Below are positions 19,168 to 28,052 of a DNA stretch of 64,000 bases, one piece after another (within the stretch, counting starts at the first letter, position 1; the number at the start of each line of letters is the position of its first letter). The notes under the pieces are model-generated. The model was not told the DNA's origin and did no database searches. It saw only the letters and a list, made by a program, of their open reading frames with translations. A program made the position numbers and the translations under genes. Origin of the DNA: Escherichia phage cardinal; the sequence record PQ567651.1. One strand, written 5' to 3'.

Positions 19168-20239
19168 TTTATACAACGACACTTACAAAGAAGGTTTCTA
19201 CCCTGTATTTTTGGGAGAACAGTTAGGTATTTTTGATTCTATTAACGTAACATACCCAGAAATGCATCGTCTGTACAAACTACAAAAACAGCAAGATTGG
19301 GATGAAAACGAAGTAAACTTAGATCAGACACGAAAAGATTTCGTAGCTTGTTCTAAAAGCAACTATGATGTTATGATCAAAAACCTATCCTTCCAATGGG
19401 AAAATGATTCACTTGCTAAATCAATCATCACTTTGTTTGCACCATTTTTAAGCAACAACGAAGCATGTGCAATGATGATGAAGCAATCAGAAATGGAAGT
19501 TTTACACGCTTTGACATATTCTGAAATTATTCGTCAGTGTATCCCTAATCCAAATGAAGTTATCGATCAGATTATGGAGAACGAAAGAATCTTCCAGAGG
19601 ATGGGTATAGTTGAAGAGATAATGAGTGATCTGGCAGAGGCAGGGCATAAATATGCTCTAGGTCTGATTGAGAAGGATGATAACCTTCGTCTACTGATTC
19701 TGAAAGGAATGATTGCACTTATCGGTCTGGAAGGCATTCAATTCATATCATCTTTTGCTGCAACATTTGCCTTAGCAGAGCAGCAATTGTTTGTAGGTGC
19801 AGCTAAACTCATTCAAAAAATTATGTTGGATGAACTATTGCACGTTAAAATGGATTATGCTATTATTGATGCACTGCTGAAAGATCCTGTTTGGAGAAAA
19901 GTATACGAAGACAATATCGACGTTCTGACAGAAATTCTTGACACGGTAGTTGGACAAGAGGAAGATTGGTGTGACTATCTGTTTAGTGAAGGAAGGGTTA
20001 TCGTTGGTGGTAACGCAGAGTTGTTCAAACTTTGGGTTTACTTCAATGCCGCGCCTATCTATCGCAGACTGAAAATGAAACACAAATTCCGTGCACCGAA
20101 GAAAAGTCCACTGCCTTGGATGGATGTTTGGTTAAATCCAGATCAAATTCAAGCAGCAGCACAGGAGATCCAAATTACAGCTTACAAACTGAATTCAGCA
20201 AATAAAGATGTAAGTGATGACGAGGAGTTAGACTTCTAA
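19154..20239 (+). CDS. nrdB: ribonucleoside-diphosphate reductase small subunit
   Basis: 361 aa; position after nrdA and iron-ligand-like E/H-containing helices; C-terminal acidic tail DDEELDF. Confidence 0.8.
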   Translation: MAAINLYNDTYKEGFYPVFLGEQLGIFDSINVTYPEMHRLYKLQKQQDWDENEVNLDQTRKDFVACSKSNYDVMIKNLSFQWENDSLAKSIITLFAPFLSNNEACAMMMKQSEMEVLHALTYSEIIRQCIPNPNEVIDQIMENERIFQRMGIVEEIMSDLAEAGHKYALGLIEKDDNLRLLILKGMIALIGLEGIQFISSFAATFALAEQQLFVGAAKLIQKIMLDELLHVKMDYAIIDALLKDPVWRKVYEDNIDVLTEILDTVVGQEEDWCDYLFSEGRVIVGGNAELFKLWVYFNAAPIYRRLKMKHKFRAPKKSPLPWMDVWLNPDQIQAAAQEIQITAYKLNSANKDVSDDEELDF

Positions 20240-20457
20240 TGAAACTACTTTGTGTTGGATTAATTTCTGACTTCAAAGACGTTTTCGAAAAGGGAGCCTC
20301 TTATGAGGCTTCCGAATTACAGAATGGTTTCTGTGATGTTTACGGCAAACGTTTAAAAAAGAATGGTGATCATTGGCTAGGAGTTATGTCTTGCGGTCAT
20401 ATTATAGTTAATGGTGTAGCCAAGTTTGAAATTATCAAAGGAGAAAAAGATGATTGA
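20239..20457 (+). CDS. hypothetical protein
   Basis: track ORF. Confidence 0.45.
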   Translation: MKLLCVGLISDFKDVFEKGASYEASELQNGFCDVYGKRLKKNGDHWLGVMSCGHIIVNGVAKFEIIKGEKDD

Positions 20458-20632
20458 TTTTGTTGATGTAGATATTAATTCTGACTTAACAGAAGATGAA
20501 GGTGGTGCTTTTGTGTGTTCAGATGGAGAGAAATGTTTTACTCTGATGGTAGAAACTTATGATGGTATCACAGAAATTCTGTTAACAGAGAATGAGTTAA
20601 AACAGATGTTAGAAAAGATTGAGGAGCTTTAA
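20450..20632 (+). CDS. hypothetical protein
   Basis: ATG after GGAGAAAAAG within track ORF 20426..20632. Confidence 0.45.
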   Translation: MIDFVDVDINSDLTEDEGGAFVCSDGEKCFTLMVETYDGITEILLTENELKQMLEKIEEL

Positions 20633-20634
20633 TA

Positions 20635-20781
20635 ATGGACGATGTAAGTATTTGTCCTATCTGCGGCGGCACTGGGAATTTTATTGTTAGTATGGAACAA
20701 TTTATTCCTTGTTGGAATTGTAACGGTTTAGGTTTCGTTCATACGGAAGAAAAAGAAGAGGAGGAAGATAATGGGAACTAA
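20635..20781 (+). CDS. small Cys-pair (zinc-ribbon-like) protein
   Basis: 48 aa, CPICGG...CWNCNG; RBS GAGGAG; below track size cutoff. Confidence 0.35.
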   Translation: MDDVSICPICGGTGNFIVSMEQFIPCWNCNGLGFVHTEEKEEEEDNGN

Positions 20782-21097
20782 TATTGAATGGCGTATGTTA
20801 CAGGGTGCGCCTTTTAATAAATGGGAAGAGGCTGTAGGAGAAGATCCTAGAATTGAAGAAGAATTTGATGGAGATTTTAACTGGTTCTTACAAGAAGGTC
20901 TTGATTTAAGTCGTATCTCTCCTTTCTATGACGCTGATGAATCTTACTGCATATATGGCATTTATTTAGAAGGTGGCGAAGGAAGTATAGCTGTAGATCT
21001 TGAGCAACTAAATAAGAATGCAAAAGAAGCCTATGCACAACTTCTTGAAAAATATAACATTGAAACGGAAACTATTATTTCTCAACACGTTTGGTAA
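20771..21097 (+). CDS. hypothetical protein
   Basis: track ORF. Confidence 0.5.
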   Translation: MGTNIEWRMLQGAPFNKWEEAVGEDPRIEEEFDGDFNWFLQEGLDLSRISPFYDADESYCIYGIYLEGGEGSIAVDLEQLNKNAKEAYAQLLEKYNIETETIISQHVW

Positions 21098-21110
21098 GGA
21101 GGATAGTAGA

Positions 21111-21308
21111 ATGATGCTAGATCAACTGATCAATGCTCCTCGCGTAACAGTAAGTCCAAAAACATTTGCATCACTTTTAGAAGATGCTAGAGAGGTTTAT
21201 AACTTTACTGAAGAAGAGATTCCTGTTCCTGTTGAAAAAGGTTCCAGATGGTTGTTTTATGAAGGTATTATTTTTACTGAAGGGAATAATTGGAAGGAGA
21301 CTAAATGA
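21111..21308 (+). CDS. hypothetical protein
   Basis: ATG after AAGGAGG within track ORF 21018..21308. Confidence 0.45.
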   Translation: MMLDQLINAPRVTVSPKTFASLLEDAREVYNFTEEEIPVPVEKGSRWLFYEGIIFTEGNNWKETK

Positions 21309-22213
21309 AATACTTAGTAACAGGTGGTTTAGGCTTTATTGGAAGTGCGGTAGTTCGTTTCCTGGCTAAAAACACTAAGAATGATATTTACGTTATAGAT
21401 AAATGGAGTTACGCTTCAGACCCTAGAAATTTATCAGAAACACCTAATGTAAAGTTTTGTCGTGTTGACTTGACAAATGCTCAGTTAACTGCTAAGATTG
21501 TGGCAGATGTTAATCCAGATTATATAATGCATCTTGCAGCAGAAAGTCACGTAGATAACTCAATAGCATCACCGAGTGTTTTTATAAATTCAAATATTGT
21601 TGGAACATTTAATCTTCTAGAAGCTGTTCGTTTAATGGGAGATAAATCAAATCTTAAAATGTTTCATCATATTTCAACAGACTATGTTTTTGATGGGCAT
21701 GTTGCTGGCACAGAAGATAGTAAAACAAACCCCTTGAACACCTACGGTTACAGTAAACAATTAGGTGAAACTTTAGTACAAACAGTTTGTCCTACAGCAC
21801 TTATTATCAGAACAGCTTCTGTTTATAGTGAATTTGGACATAACTTTTTGAAAACTATGTTGGAACGCTACAACGGTGGTCAAAAAGAATTTAATGTAGT
21901 ATGTGATCATTTATCATGTCCTACTTATGCACCTGATCTTGCAGAAACAATTTTTAAACTTGTAAAAGATGGTGTAAATAGTAAAATTGTACACTATGCA
22001 GGTGCAGATTATATTTCTTGGTATGATTTTGCACGAAAGATATTTCTTGTTATAGATTTATCTGTTACAGTTAATCCTGTATCTGCTTCAACCTATAATT
22101 CCAAAGCAGTCAGACCAGCAACATCTTATTTAAGAACAGATCCTACTTTAAATCCGCGAAGTGTTGATAGCGGTATTGTAAGAGCTTTAACTATACTTTT
22201 AAACAAGGAGTGA
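21305..22213 (+). CDS. NAD(P)-dependent epimerase/reductase, RmlD (dTDP-4-dehydrorhamnose reductase)-like
   Basis: Rossmann VTGGLGFIGS and STDYVFDG motif characteristic of RmlD-type reductases. Confidence 0.5.
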   Translation: MKYLVTGGLGFIGSAVVRFLAKNTKNDIYVIDKWSYASDPRNLSETPNVKFCRVDLTNAQLTAKIVADVNPDYIMHLAAESHVDNSIASPSVFINSNIVGTFNLLEAVRLMGDKSNLKMFHHISTDYVFDGHVAGTEDSKTNPLNTYGYSKQLGETLVQTVCPTALIIRTASVYSEFGHNFLKTMLERYNGGQKEFNVVCDHLSCPTYAPDLAETIFKLVKDGVNSKIVHYAGADYISWYDFARKIFLVIDLSVTVNPVSASTYNSKAVRPATSYLRTDPTLNPRSVDSGIVRALTILLNKE

Positions 22214-22476
22214 AAATGAATTTTATTATCTACGGTAAACCAAATTGTCCTTTCTGCACTAACGCTAAGATTCTACTAGAACAGCGTGAACAGGATTTTA
22301 AATACCTTACCTTAGATGAAGACTATTCTTTAGATCAGATTCAGAATCTGGTTTTAGAGAAAACAGGTGTTCTACCACGCACATTTCCTCAGATTTTTGT
22401 GGAAGATGGTGAACAGCTAACCCACGTAGGAGGTTTTTCTGAACTACGTGAATTCATGGCTCAGATTGCGGAGTAA
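22210..22476 (+). CDS. glutaredoxin / NrdH-like redoxin
   Basis: 88 aa with CPFC active site and thioredoxin-fold length. Confidence 0.75.
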   Translation: MKMNFIIYGKPNCPFCTNAKILLEQREQDFKYLTLDEDYSLDQIQNLVLEKTGVLPRTFPQIFVEDGEQLTHVGGFSELREFMAQIAE

Positions 22477-22480
22477 CAAT

Positions 22481-22624
22481 ATGAAAGGTAAACAGAAACG
22501 TAAAATCTTTTCTCGTGCTTTGGCAACAGAGCTTAAGTCCCAAACTAAAAAGACGAAGCCTAAACGTGAAATGTCTCCTGAACACCTACTGTTTCAAGAG
22601 TTAGATCATGGGGAGGGCGACTGA
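22481..22624 (+). CDS. small basic protein
   Basis: 47 aa ORF with RBS GGAG; below track cutoff. Confidence 0.3.
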   Translation: MKGKQKRKIFSRALATELKSQTKKTKPKREMSPEHLLFQELDHGEGD

Positions 22625-22636
22625 TATAAGGAAAAC

Positions 22637-23137
22637 ATGGCTAAAGTAGTTGATGTGTTTGATATGTTACGTTTTGATGAAGGACTAAAGCTAACTGTGT
22701 ATCCTGATACCGAAGGGTATTGGACAGTTGGTATTGGACACCTTCTGACAAAACTCAAAGATAAAGCAGAAGCTATACGTATTCTTGATAACTTAGTAGG
22801 TAGAAAAACCAATGGGGTTATTACTGAAGCGGAAGCTAGAAGAATCTTTGAGAGTGACGTAAAGAAAGCGATACAACAAATCCATTCAAGTGCCATATTA
22901 TCTCCTATTTACGATAAAGTAAGTCCTAATCGTAAAATGGCTATTATTAATATGGTATTTCAAATGGGATTGAAAGGTGCAGAATCTTTCAAAAATAGCT
23001 TGACTTTAGTGAGTAATTCATATTATACTCAAGCCTCTATAAATTTACGTAAAAGTAAATGGTATCGCCAAACACCTAATCGCGCAGAGCGTGTAATTCA
23101 GGTACTTAAAACTGGAACATTAGACGCTTATAACTAA
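22637..23137 (+). CDS. T4-type lysozyme (GH24 endolysin)
   Basis: MLRFDEGLKLTVYPDTEGYWTVGIGHLLTK and WYRQTPNRAERVI closely match T4 lysozyme. Confidence 0.85.
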   Translation: MAKVVDVFDMLRFDEGLKLTVYPDTEGYWTVGIGHLLTKLKDKAEAIRILDNLVGRKTNGVITEAEARRIFESDVKKAIQQIHSSAILSPIYDKVSPNRKMAIINMVFQMGLKGAESFKNSLTLVSNSYYTQASINLRKSKWYRQTPNRAERVIQVLKTGTLDAYN

Positions 23138-23140
23138 ACA

Positions 23141-23162
23141 AAGGGGCGAAAGCCCCTTTTAT
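23141..23162 (+). terminator. rho-independent terminator ggggc-gaaa-gcccc + TTTT
   Basis: same hairpin sequence as at 12404 and 34425. Confidence 0.7.
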
Positions 23163-23175
23163 AAGGAGTGCAAAC

Positions 23176-23928
23176 ATGGGAAATAAAACCGCAAAGGCTC
23201 GTCGTCAATCAGCAGCCAATGATGACAAACGTGCCAGTCGTTATGCGGCTAAAGCAGTAGGAAATGATGATTACCGTCTTGATGAATTTACCCCTGTTGG
23301 GAATCAAGAAGCTATTGTAAGAAGCATGGTTTGGAATGATTTAACCATTGTTAATGCCCCAGCAGGAACAGGAAAAACGACAACAGCACTATGGAAAGCA
23401 TTGCAAATGCTTAAAGCTGGTGATTTCAGAAAGTTGATTTTCCTTAAAAACCCGACAGAAGTAGGTGATGATCAAATTGGTTTCTTATCTGGAGATAAGA
23501 CTGATAAACTAGCAGCACATTACGAATCAACTAAAAGAATTTTCCAACAGTTTATGACTGCAAATAAATTGGAAAACGATATTGCAAGTGGCAAAATTGA
23601 ACTTAATATTCCAAACTATGCACTAGGTGCTACGTGGGATAACAGCATTATTCTTATTGATGAAGTTCAACTTATGTCACCAAATACAGTAAAACTTCTC
23701 CTTGAGCGAGCAGGTCTTAATACACGTATTGTCATTATGGGTGATGTTAATCAAACATATGCAATTAAACGAAGAGCTAATGGGTTAGGTGATTTGTTAG
23801 ATCGTGTTGTTCCTATTAACGAAGAAGGAGAAAGGGAAGCTATTGTAGATTTTATTGGTTATGTTGAAATGACAACTGCTGATAACCAACGTTCCCGTTT
23901 GTCTCAGTTCATCACGGAAGTATATTAA
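23176..23928 (+). CDS. phoH: PhoH-like ATPase
   Basis: Walker A NAPAGTGKTTTAL and PhoH-like overall organisation. Confidence 0.8.
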   Translation: MGNKTAKARRQSAANDDKRASRYAAKAVGNDDYRLDEFTPVGNQEAIVRSMVWNDLTIVNAPAGTGKTTTALWKALQMLKAGDFRKLIFLKNPTEVGDDQIGFLSGDKTDKLAAHYESTKRIFQQFMTANKLENDIASGKIELNIPNYALGATWDNSIILIDEVQLMSPNTVKLLLERAGLNTRIVIMGDVNQTYAIKRRANGLGDLLDRVVPINEEGEREAIVDFIGYVEMTTADNQRSRLSQFITEVY

Positions 23929-23964
23929 TAATTACAAGGCAAGGATGCCTGTTATGGAGGTTAA

Positions 23965-24456
23965 ATGACGCTAATTGAGATTGATCGCAATGGTATTGAT
24001 GAATGCTATCAAGCTGGCTTAGTTAAGCCGAATGAGTTTAGACAGATTTATATTGACAAGATTGAAAAAGAAATATCTCTTCGTTTAGAGAACATGACAA
24101 CTTTGCAAAAAGTTCAGATGTTTTTTAGTTGGTTGAAAGGAGAGGATTGGCTAACTAAATATTACCAGGAATTATCTGATAGTCAAGAAGGCTTGTTTGA
24201 GTGTATAATAAATGTAGCTGGGTCTAATTCAGAGTTACTCCTGATTGATGAAGAAGATTCTAAACTTCTTTTTCTTAGCAGTATTTTTCACAAGAAATCT
24301 ATGTTAGTAAGAAATTGCAGTGATTTACTAAATCATCCACTAACAAGAACTAATAAAATTCTTGTGGATAAAGAAACACTAAGAGCTATTGATTACCTCC
24401 GTAAATATGTAAGCGGTGGTAAAGCAGTCCTTAAAACACTACAGGAGGAAGTATAA
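23965..24456 (+). CDS. hypothetical protein
   Basis: track ORF. Confidence 0.5.
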   Translation: MTLIEIDRNGIDECYQAGLVKPNEFRQIYIDKIEKEISLRLENMTTLQKVQMFFSWLKGEDWLTKYYQELSDSQEGLFECIINVAGSNSELLLIDEEDSKLLFLSSIFHKKSMLVRNCSDLLNHPLTRTNKILVDKETLRAIDYLRKYVSGGKAVLKTLQEEV

Positions 24457-25109
24457 TGACAACAATTATTGCAACACGTAACAAAATTTTGTCTGACGGT
24501 AAGGTAACAGTAGGTAGTCGTGTAGACACTTTAAACTTCAAGAAAGTGCGTAAAATTGGGGACTACCTTGTTGGTGGTGCAGGACGTCTGTCTTCTATCC
24601 TGACTTTCTTTTCTTGGTTTGAACAAAACTTACAATGCCAGGCAGCACAAGAGACAATCCCAGGTTTGGTGATCCAGTCAGATCCCGATAAAGAAGATGA
24701 AGAGTTTGTGGCATTGGTTGTTCATCCAGATGGTAAAATTTATATGCACGAGGGTAATAATCCAACGCGAGCATATCCTTTAACTGAAGATTATTATGCT
24801 GTTGGTAGTGGGGCAGATTTTGCTTTAGCAGCTTTAGATGCAGGGGCAACTCCAGAAGAAGCGATGGAAGTTGCAAAACTGCGAGATGCTTTTTCCGGCG
24901 GTGAAACTTTTATCGAAGAGATCGAAGAACAACTGGAGTTAACAGCGGAAGATATTCTGAACTTCAGCAAGGAGCAACTAATTAGTATGCTGTTGACTGG
25001 TGATCCTGATAGCGATGAAGCTGAAAGTATTTTAGCAGAAATGAAAGAATCACAAGAAAAAGTATTGACAGTCTCTGAAAAACTTGATAAAGTGTCCTCT
25101 GATAATTAA
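24456..25109 (+). CDS. HslV-like Ntn-hydrolase peptidase with acidic C-terminal extension
   Basis: MTTIIATR (Thr right after Met) and YAVGSGADFALAA resemble HslV TTIV.. and AIGSGG motifs. Confidence 0.5.
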   Translation: MTTIIATRNKILSDGKVTVGSRVDTLNFKKVRKIGDYLVGGAGRLSSILTFFSWFEQNLQCQAAQETIPGLVIQSDPDKEDEEFVALVVHPDGKIYMHEGNNPTRAYPLTEDYYAVGSGADFALAALDAGATPEEAMEVAKLRDAFSGGETFIEEIEEQLELTAEDILNFSKEQLISMLLTGDPDSDEAESILAEMKESQEKVLTVSEKLDKVSSDN

Positions 25110-25117
25110 TCTAGTAT

Positions 25118-25140
25118 AAACCCCCTCAAGGGGGTTATTA
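25118..25140 (+). terminator. hairpin accccct-caa-gggggt
   Basis: GC hairpin after stop; weak T-tract. Confidence 0.4.
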
Positions 25141-25149
25141 GGAGGAGAT

Positions 25150-25578
25150 ATGTTACCAGTACCTGTAACCTTTGTAGAAAAAGCCTACTACTCTTTAGAA
25201 CAAAACTGTAAAAGAGCTAAAAATTTTATTGAAAGTTTAGCAGAACAGCGTTACACTGTATCTAAAAAGGGATGGTTCAGAACTTCACAATATTCAGTCA
25301 ACCCTTTCGGAGAAGTTCGTGTGTTGTACGGCAACACAGAAAATATCTTAGAAAGAATGTTAGAACTAGATAGGATCTCCTCCTGTGATTATCAACTGTT
25401 GAAATTTTACGATTTGTCAGAAAACTTTAAAAACTTTCTTGACGATTTATGTAAACGAAAAACAGAAGAAGATACAATACCAGTATCTATGGAAGAATTA
25501 ACGTTCTTAAGAGATATTATGGTTTTTGAAGAAGACCCTGAAATCACAAAAGAGGAGATTTTAAGTAGTGGCAAATAA
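25150..25578 (+). CDS. hypothetical protein
   Basis: track ORF, RBS AGGAGGAG. Confidence 0.5.
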   Translation: MLPVPVTFVEKAYYSLEQNCKRAKNFIESLAEQRYTVSKKGWFRTSQYSVNPFGEVRVLYGNTENILERMLELDRISSCDYQLLKFYDLSENFKNFLDDLCKRKTEEDTIPVSMEELTFLRDIMVFEEDPEITKEEILSSGK

Positions 25579-26077
25579 GTATGATCGTCCACCAACTGAT
25601 TACTATCCTACTCCACAAAAATGTATAAATGCATTATTTAGTGTAATAGATTTTAATAACCTTAAAGAAGAAGGTTTTATTTTTGCAGAACCGTGTAAAG
25701 GCGCTGCTGCTGCAATTTATCAACATTTTCCAGAAGGATCAGAATATTGTGAGTTAGAAGAAGGGAAAGATTATTTTAACCACGAATGGCATACTAAGCC
25801 GGATATTATAATCACAAATCCCCCATTCAAACTTGCACTTGAGTTCTTGCAAAAGAGCTTAAAAGAAGCAGACGTTTGCATATACTTGTTGCGTCTTGGG
25901 TTCCTAGAGTCTATTAAACGAAGGGAATTCCATAAACAGAATCCACCAACAAATTTGATTGTTCTTTCTGAACGACCATCTTTTGTTGCAGGTGGTACTG
26001 ATAAGACAGCATATGCTTGGTACGTCTACGACCCAAAAAACAGGCTGGGTTTAACTCAACCTTTCTATTTTGTTTAA
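25568..26077 (+). CDS. small DNA N6-adenine methyltransferase-like protein (NPPF motif)
   Basis: EPCKGAAA (SAM-binding-like) and IITNPPF (motif IV). Confidence 0.45.
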   Translation: MANKYDRPPTDYYPTPQKCINALFSVIDFNNLKEEGFIFAEPCKGAAAAIYQHFPEGSEYCELEEGKDYFNHEWHTKPDIIITNPPFKLALEFLQKSLKEADVCIYLLRLGFLESIKRREFHKQNPPTNLIVLSERPSFVAGGTDKTAYAWYVYDPKNRLGLTQPFYFV

Positions 26078-26090
26078 GAGGAGCATTTTT

Positions 26091-26321
26091 ATGACCGAGA
26101 AATTTATTGTTACTATGGAACTCACCTTTGATGAAGAAGATTTTGATCTTCATGTATCAACTAAAGCAGATAACATTCACACAACACAGAGTGTTGCAAT
26201 CGCTATGTTCTTTAAACAAGCTATTGCAAAACAAGCTGAAGTATGTGCTGGTTTAGCTGTAGAGTATGCAGAAGTTGTCAAGGTTCTTGAAAGTGCTCGT
26301 AACGGCGATTGGGATGAATAG
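26091..26321 (+). CDS. hypothetical acidic protein; ends at TAG followed by in-frame open extension
   Basis: ATG after GGAGCA; TAG stop at 26319..26321. Confidence 0.5.
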   Translation: MTEKFIVTMELTFDEEDFDLHVSTKADNIHTTQSVAIAMFFKQAIAKQAEVCAGLAVEYAEVVKVLESARNGDWDE

Positions 26322-26528
26322 TGGCATACAATTACTATCTGGTATATTTTTAACGAAACTAAGAAAAAAGACACAGGAACTAATGTTTATGCGGAATCCG
26401 AAGAACACGCAAAAGCTATTGGTTCAGTGCTTCTTTCTAGAATAGCAGGTGAAGAAATTCCTGTAGAGGCTATCTTTGCAGAAGTTGACCCTAGTATTCA
26501 AGAGGATGGTATTACCACTACTTAACTG

Positions 26529-26557
26529 TTGACTTTAACATTAAGGTAGTGCATACT
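26529..26557 (+). promoter_or_regulatory. sigma70-like promoter TTGACT-17-CATACT upstream of recombinase gene
   Basis: -35/-10-like hexamers followed by AGGAGGG RBS. Confidence 0.4.
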
Positions 26558-26582
26558 TCCTGTAACAGAACAGGAGGGTATT

Positions 26583-27245
26583 ATGAAGTTTGTACTATAT
26601 CATCGACTTTCTAAGAAGAAACAACAAGGCAACCAGTATGGTATAGAATCACAGGAAGCAGATATTCAACGCTTCCTGGATTCACAAGAAAATTATACTA
26701 TTGTAGGTAGCTTTGCAGAGTTTTATTCGGGTAAAGGCGATTGGAAGCAACGTAGAGAGCTTGTAAAAGCTGTTAATCTTTGCAAAGAAACAGGTGCTAC
26801 ACTTGTTGTTGCTAAGGTTGACCGTCTTGGACGTAACACAGCTTCTGTTGCAACCTTGTTAGAGATGATCAATGTACGAATAGCAACTATGCCCTCCGCT
26901 GAAAATATGATAATAAATATTTTAGCAGTTCTGGCAGAAGAAGAGGCTCGTGCAATATCTGATCGTGTTAAGAAGAGCCTTAAGGTAGCAAAAGCGAAGG
27001 GAACGCTTCTTGGTGCAGCAAACCCTAAATACAAAAGAACAGATTATAAGAAAACGGAAGAAGCAAAACGCTCAAGAGAGTTTGCGCTTTCTTTAAAAGA
27101 TTCTTTAGTTGCATACAGAGCTTGTAAAACGCCATATATGACGATTGCAAAGCATCTGAATGAATCAGGAAAGAGAACTATTCGTGGGAGTTTGTTCGAT
27201 GCCAAAGCGGTACAACGTCTTTGTGCAAAATTGAATATTAAATAA
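26583..27245 (+). CDS. serine recombinase (resolvase/invertase family)
   Basis: YHRLS (catalytic Ser context), VAKVDRLGRN, EEEARAISDRVKKSL motifs. Confidence 0.75.
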   Translation: MKFVLYHRLSKKKQQGNQYGIESQEADIQRFLDSQENYTIVGSFAEFYSGKGDWKQRRELVKAVNLCKETGATLVVAKVDRLGRNTASVATLLEMINVRIATMPSAENMIINILAVLAEEEARAISDRVKKSLKVAKAKGTLLGAANPKYKRTDYKKTEEAKRSREFALSLKDSLVAYRACKTPYMTIAKHLNESGKRTIRGSLFDAKAVQRLCAKLNIK

Positions 27246-27254
27246 GGAGGAAAC

Positions 27255-27458
27255 ATGGCAGTTCAATCTTTTGAGGAGACTGTTAAAAAACAATTCCTAT
27301 CGAAGCGAGCGATGGTTGAATTTTTGCATTTTCTCGAAGTAGATAGGGTACTTATTGAGACTACACCAGATGGTAACTGGCAAGTCTCGTATATTGCCAC
27401 CAGGCATATCGTAGACAGTACGAAAGAAGAAAGTTCGGAAGTTACGGTTGCTAGTTAA
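27255..27458 (+). CDS. hypothetical protein
   Basis: track ORF, RBS AAGGAGG. Confidence 0.5.
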   Translation: MAVQSFEETVKKQFLSKRAMVEFLHFLEVDRVLIETTPDGNWQVSYIATRHIVDSTKEESSEVTVAS

Positions 27459-27469
27459 AGGAGTTAAGT

Positions 27470-28042
27470 ATGCGTTTAGCTTTTAACGGGAAGATAAGCA
27501 CAGCAAACATATTATCAGCCATAGGATTATTAGGTAAAAAATTCACACCTTTCAGTTTACCTGTTTGTGTAGATTTTGATCATGTATTTGATATTAATAA
27601 TCCTTCACGTTGTATCGCCAGAAGTAATATTGATAACCCAAGTGAAAATCTGTTTTATATTACTAAACCATCCCAGGCAATTTTGAATCAATGGGAAGCA
27701 GGTCTGATTAAACCAGGTAAATATTTTGCATTACTACCTTGTAAATCATTGGCTATAGAGGACAGTCTAAACTATGCAAACAATCTTGTTGTTACAGCAT
27801 TCATTGTCTCAGAAAAAGAAGAAACTGCGGCACTTGCAAACACTGTTAAATCTTTGTATGATGCTTTGGGTGTTACTTACACTACCTTCGTTTGTGAAGA
27901 TATTCCACATTGCGTTGAATTCGTGGTGAATGGTGTAACTGTATGTCGTGTAGAAACAACTCAAGACGAAGACGTTTTTATTACTGTAGCCGATGTAATA
28001 TCTGAACCTGTGTTTAGTTATGCAGTTTCATTAACACATTAA
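27470..28042 (+). CDS. hypothetical protein
   Basis: track ORF. Confidence 0.5.
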   Translation: MRLAFNGKISTANILSAIGLLGKKFTPFSLPVCVDFDHVFDINNPSRCIARSNIDNPSENLFYITKPSQAILNQWEAGLIKPGKYFALLPCKSLAIEDSLNYANNLVVTAFIVSEKEETAALANTVKSLYDALGVTYTTFVCEDIPHCVEFVVNGVTVCRVETTQDEDVFITVADVISEPVFSYAVSLTH

Positions 28043-28052
28043 GGAGAAGGGG

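Noticed and set aside
26583-27245. Serine recombinase as evidence of a prophage integration module
   Set aside because: No repressor, excisionase or att-like context; surrounding genes are lytic-phage nucleotide-metabolism and early genes, so an invertase or resolvase role is more likely.
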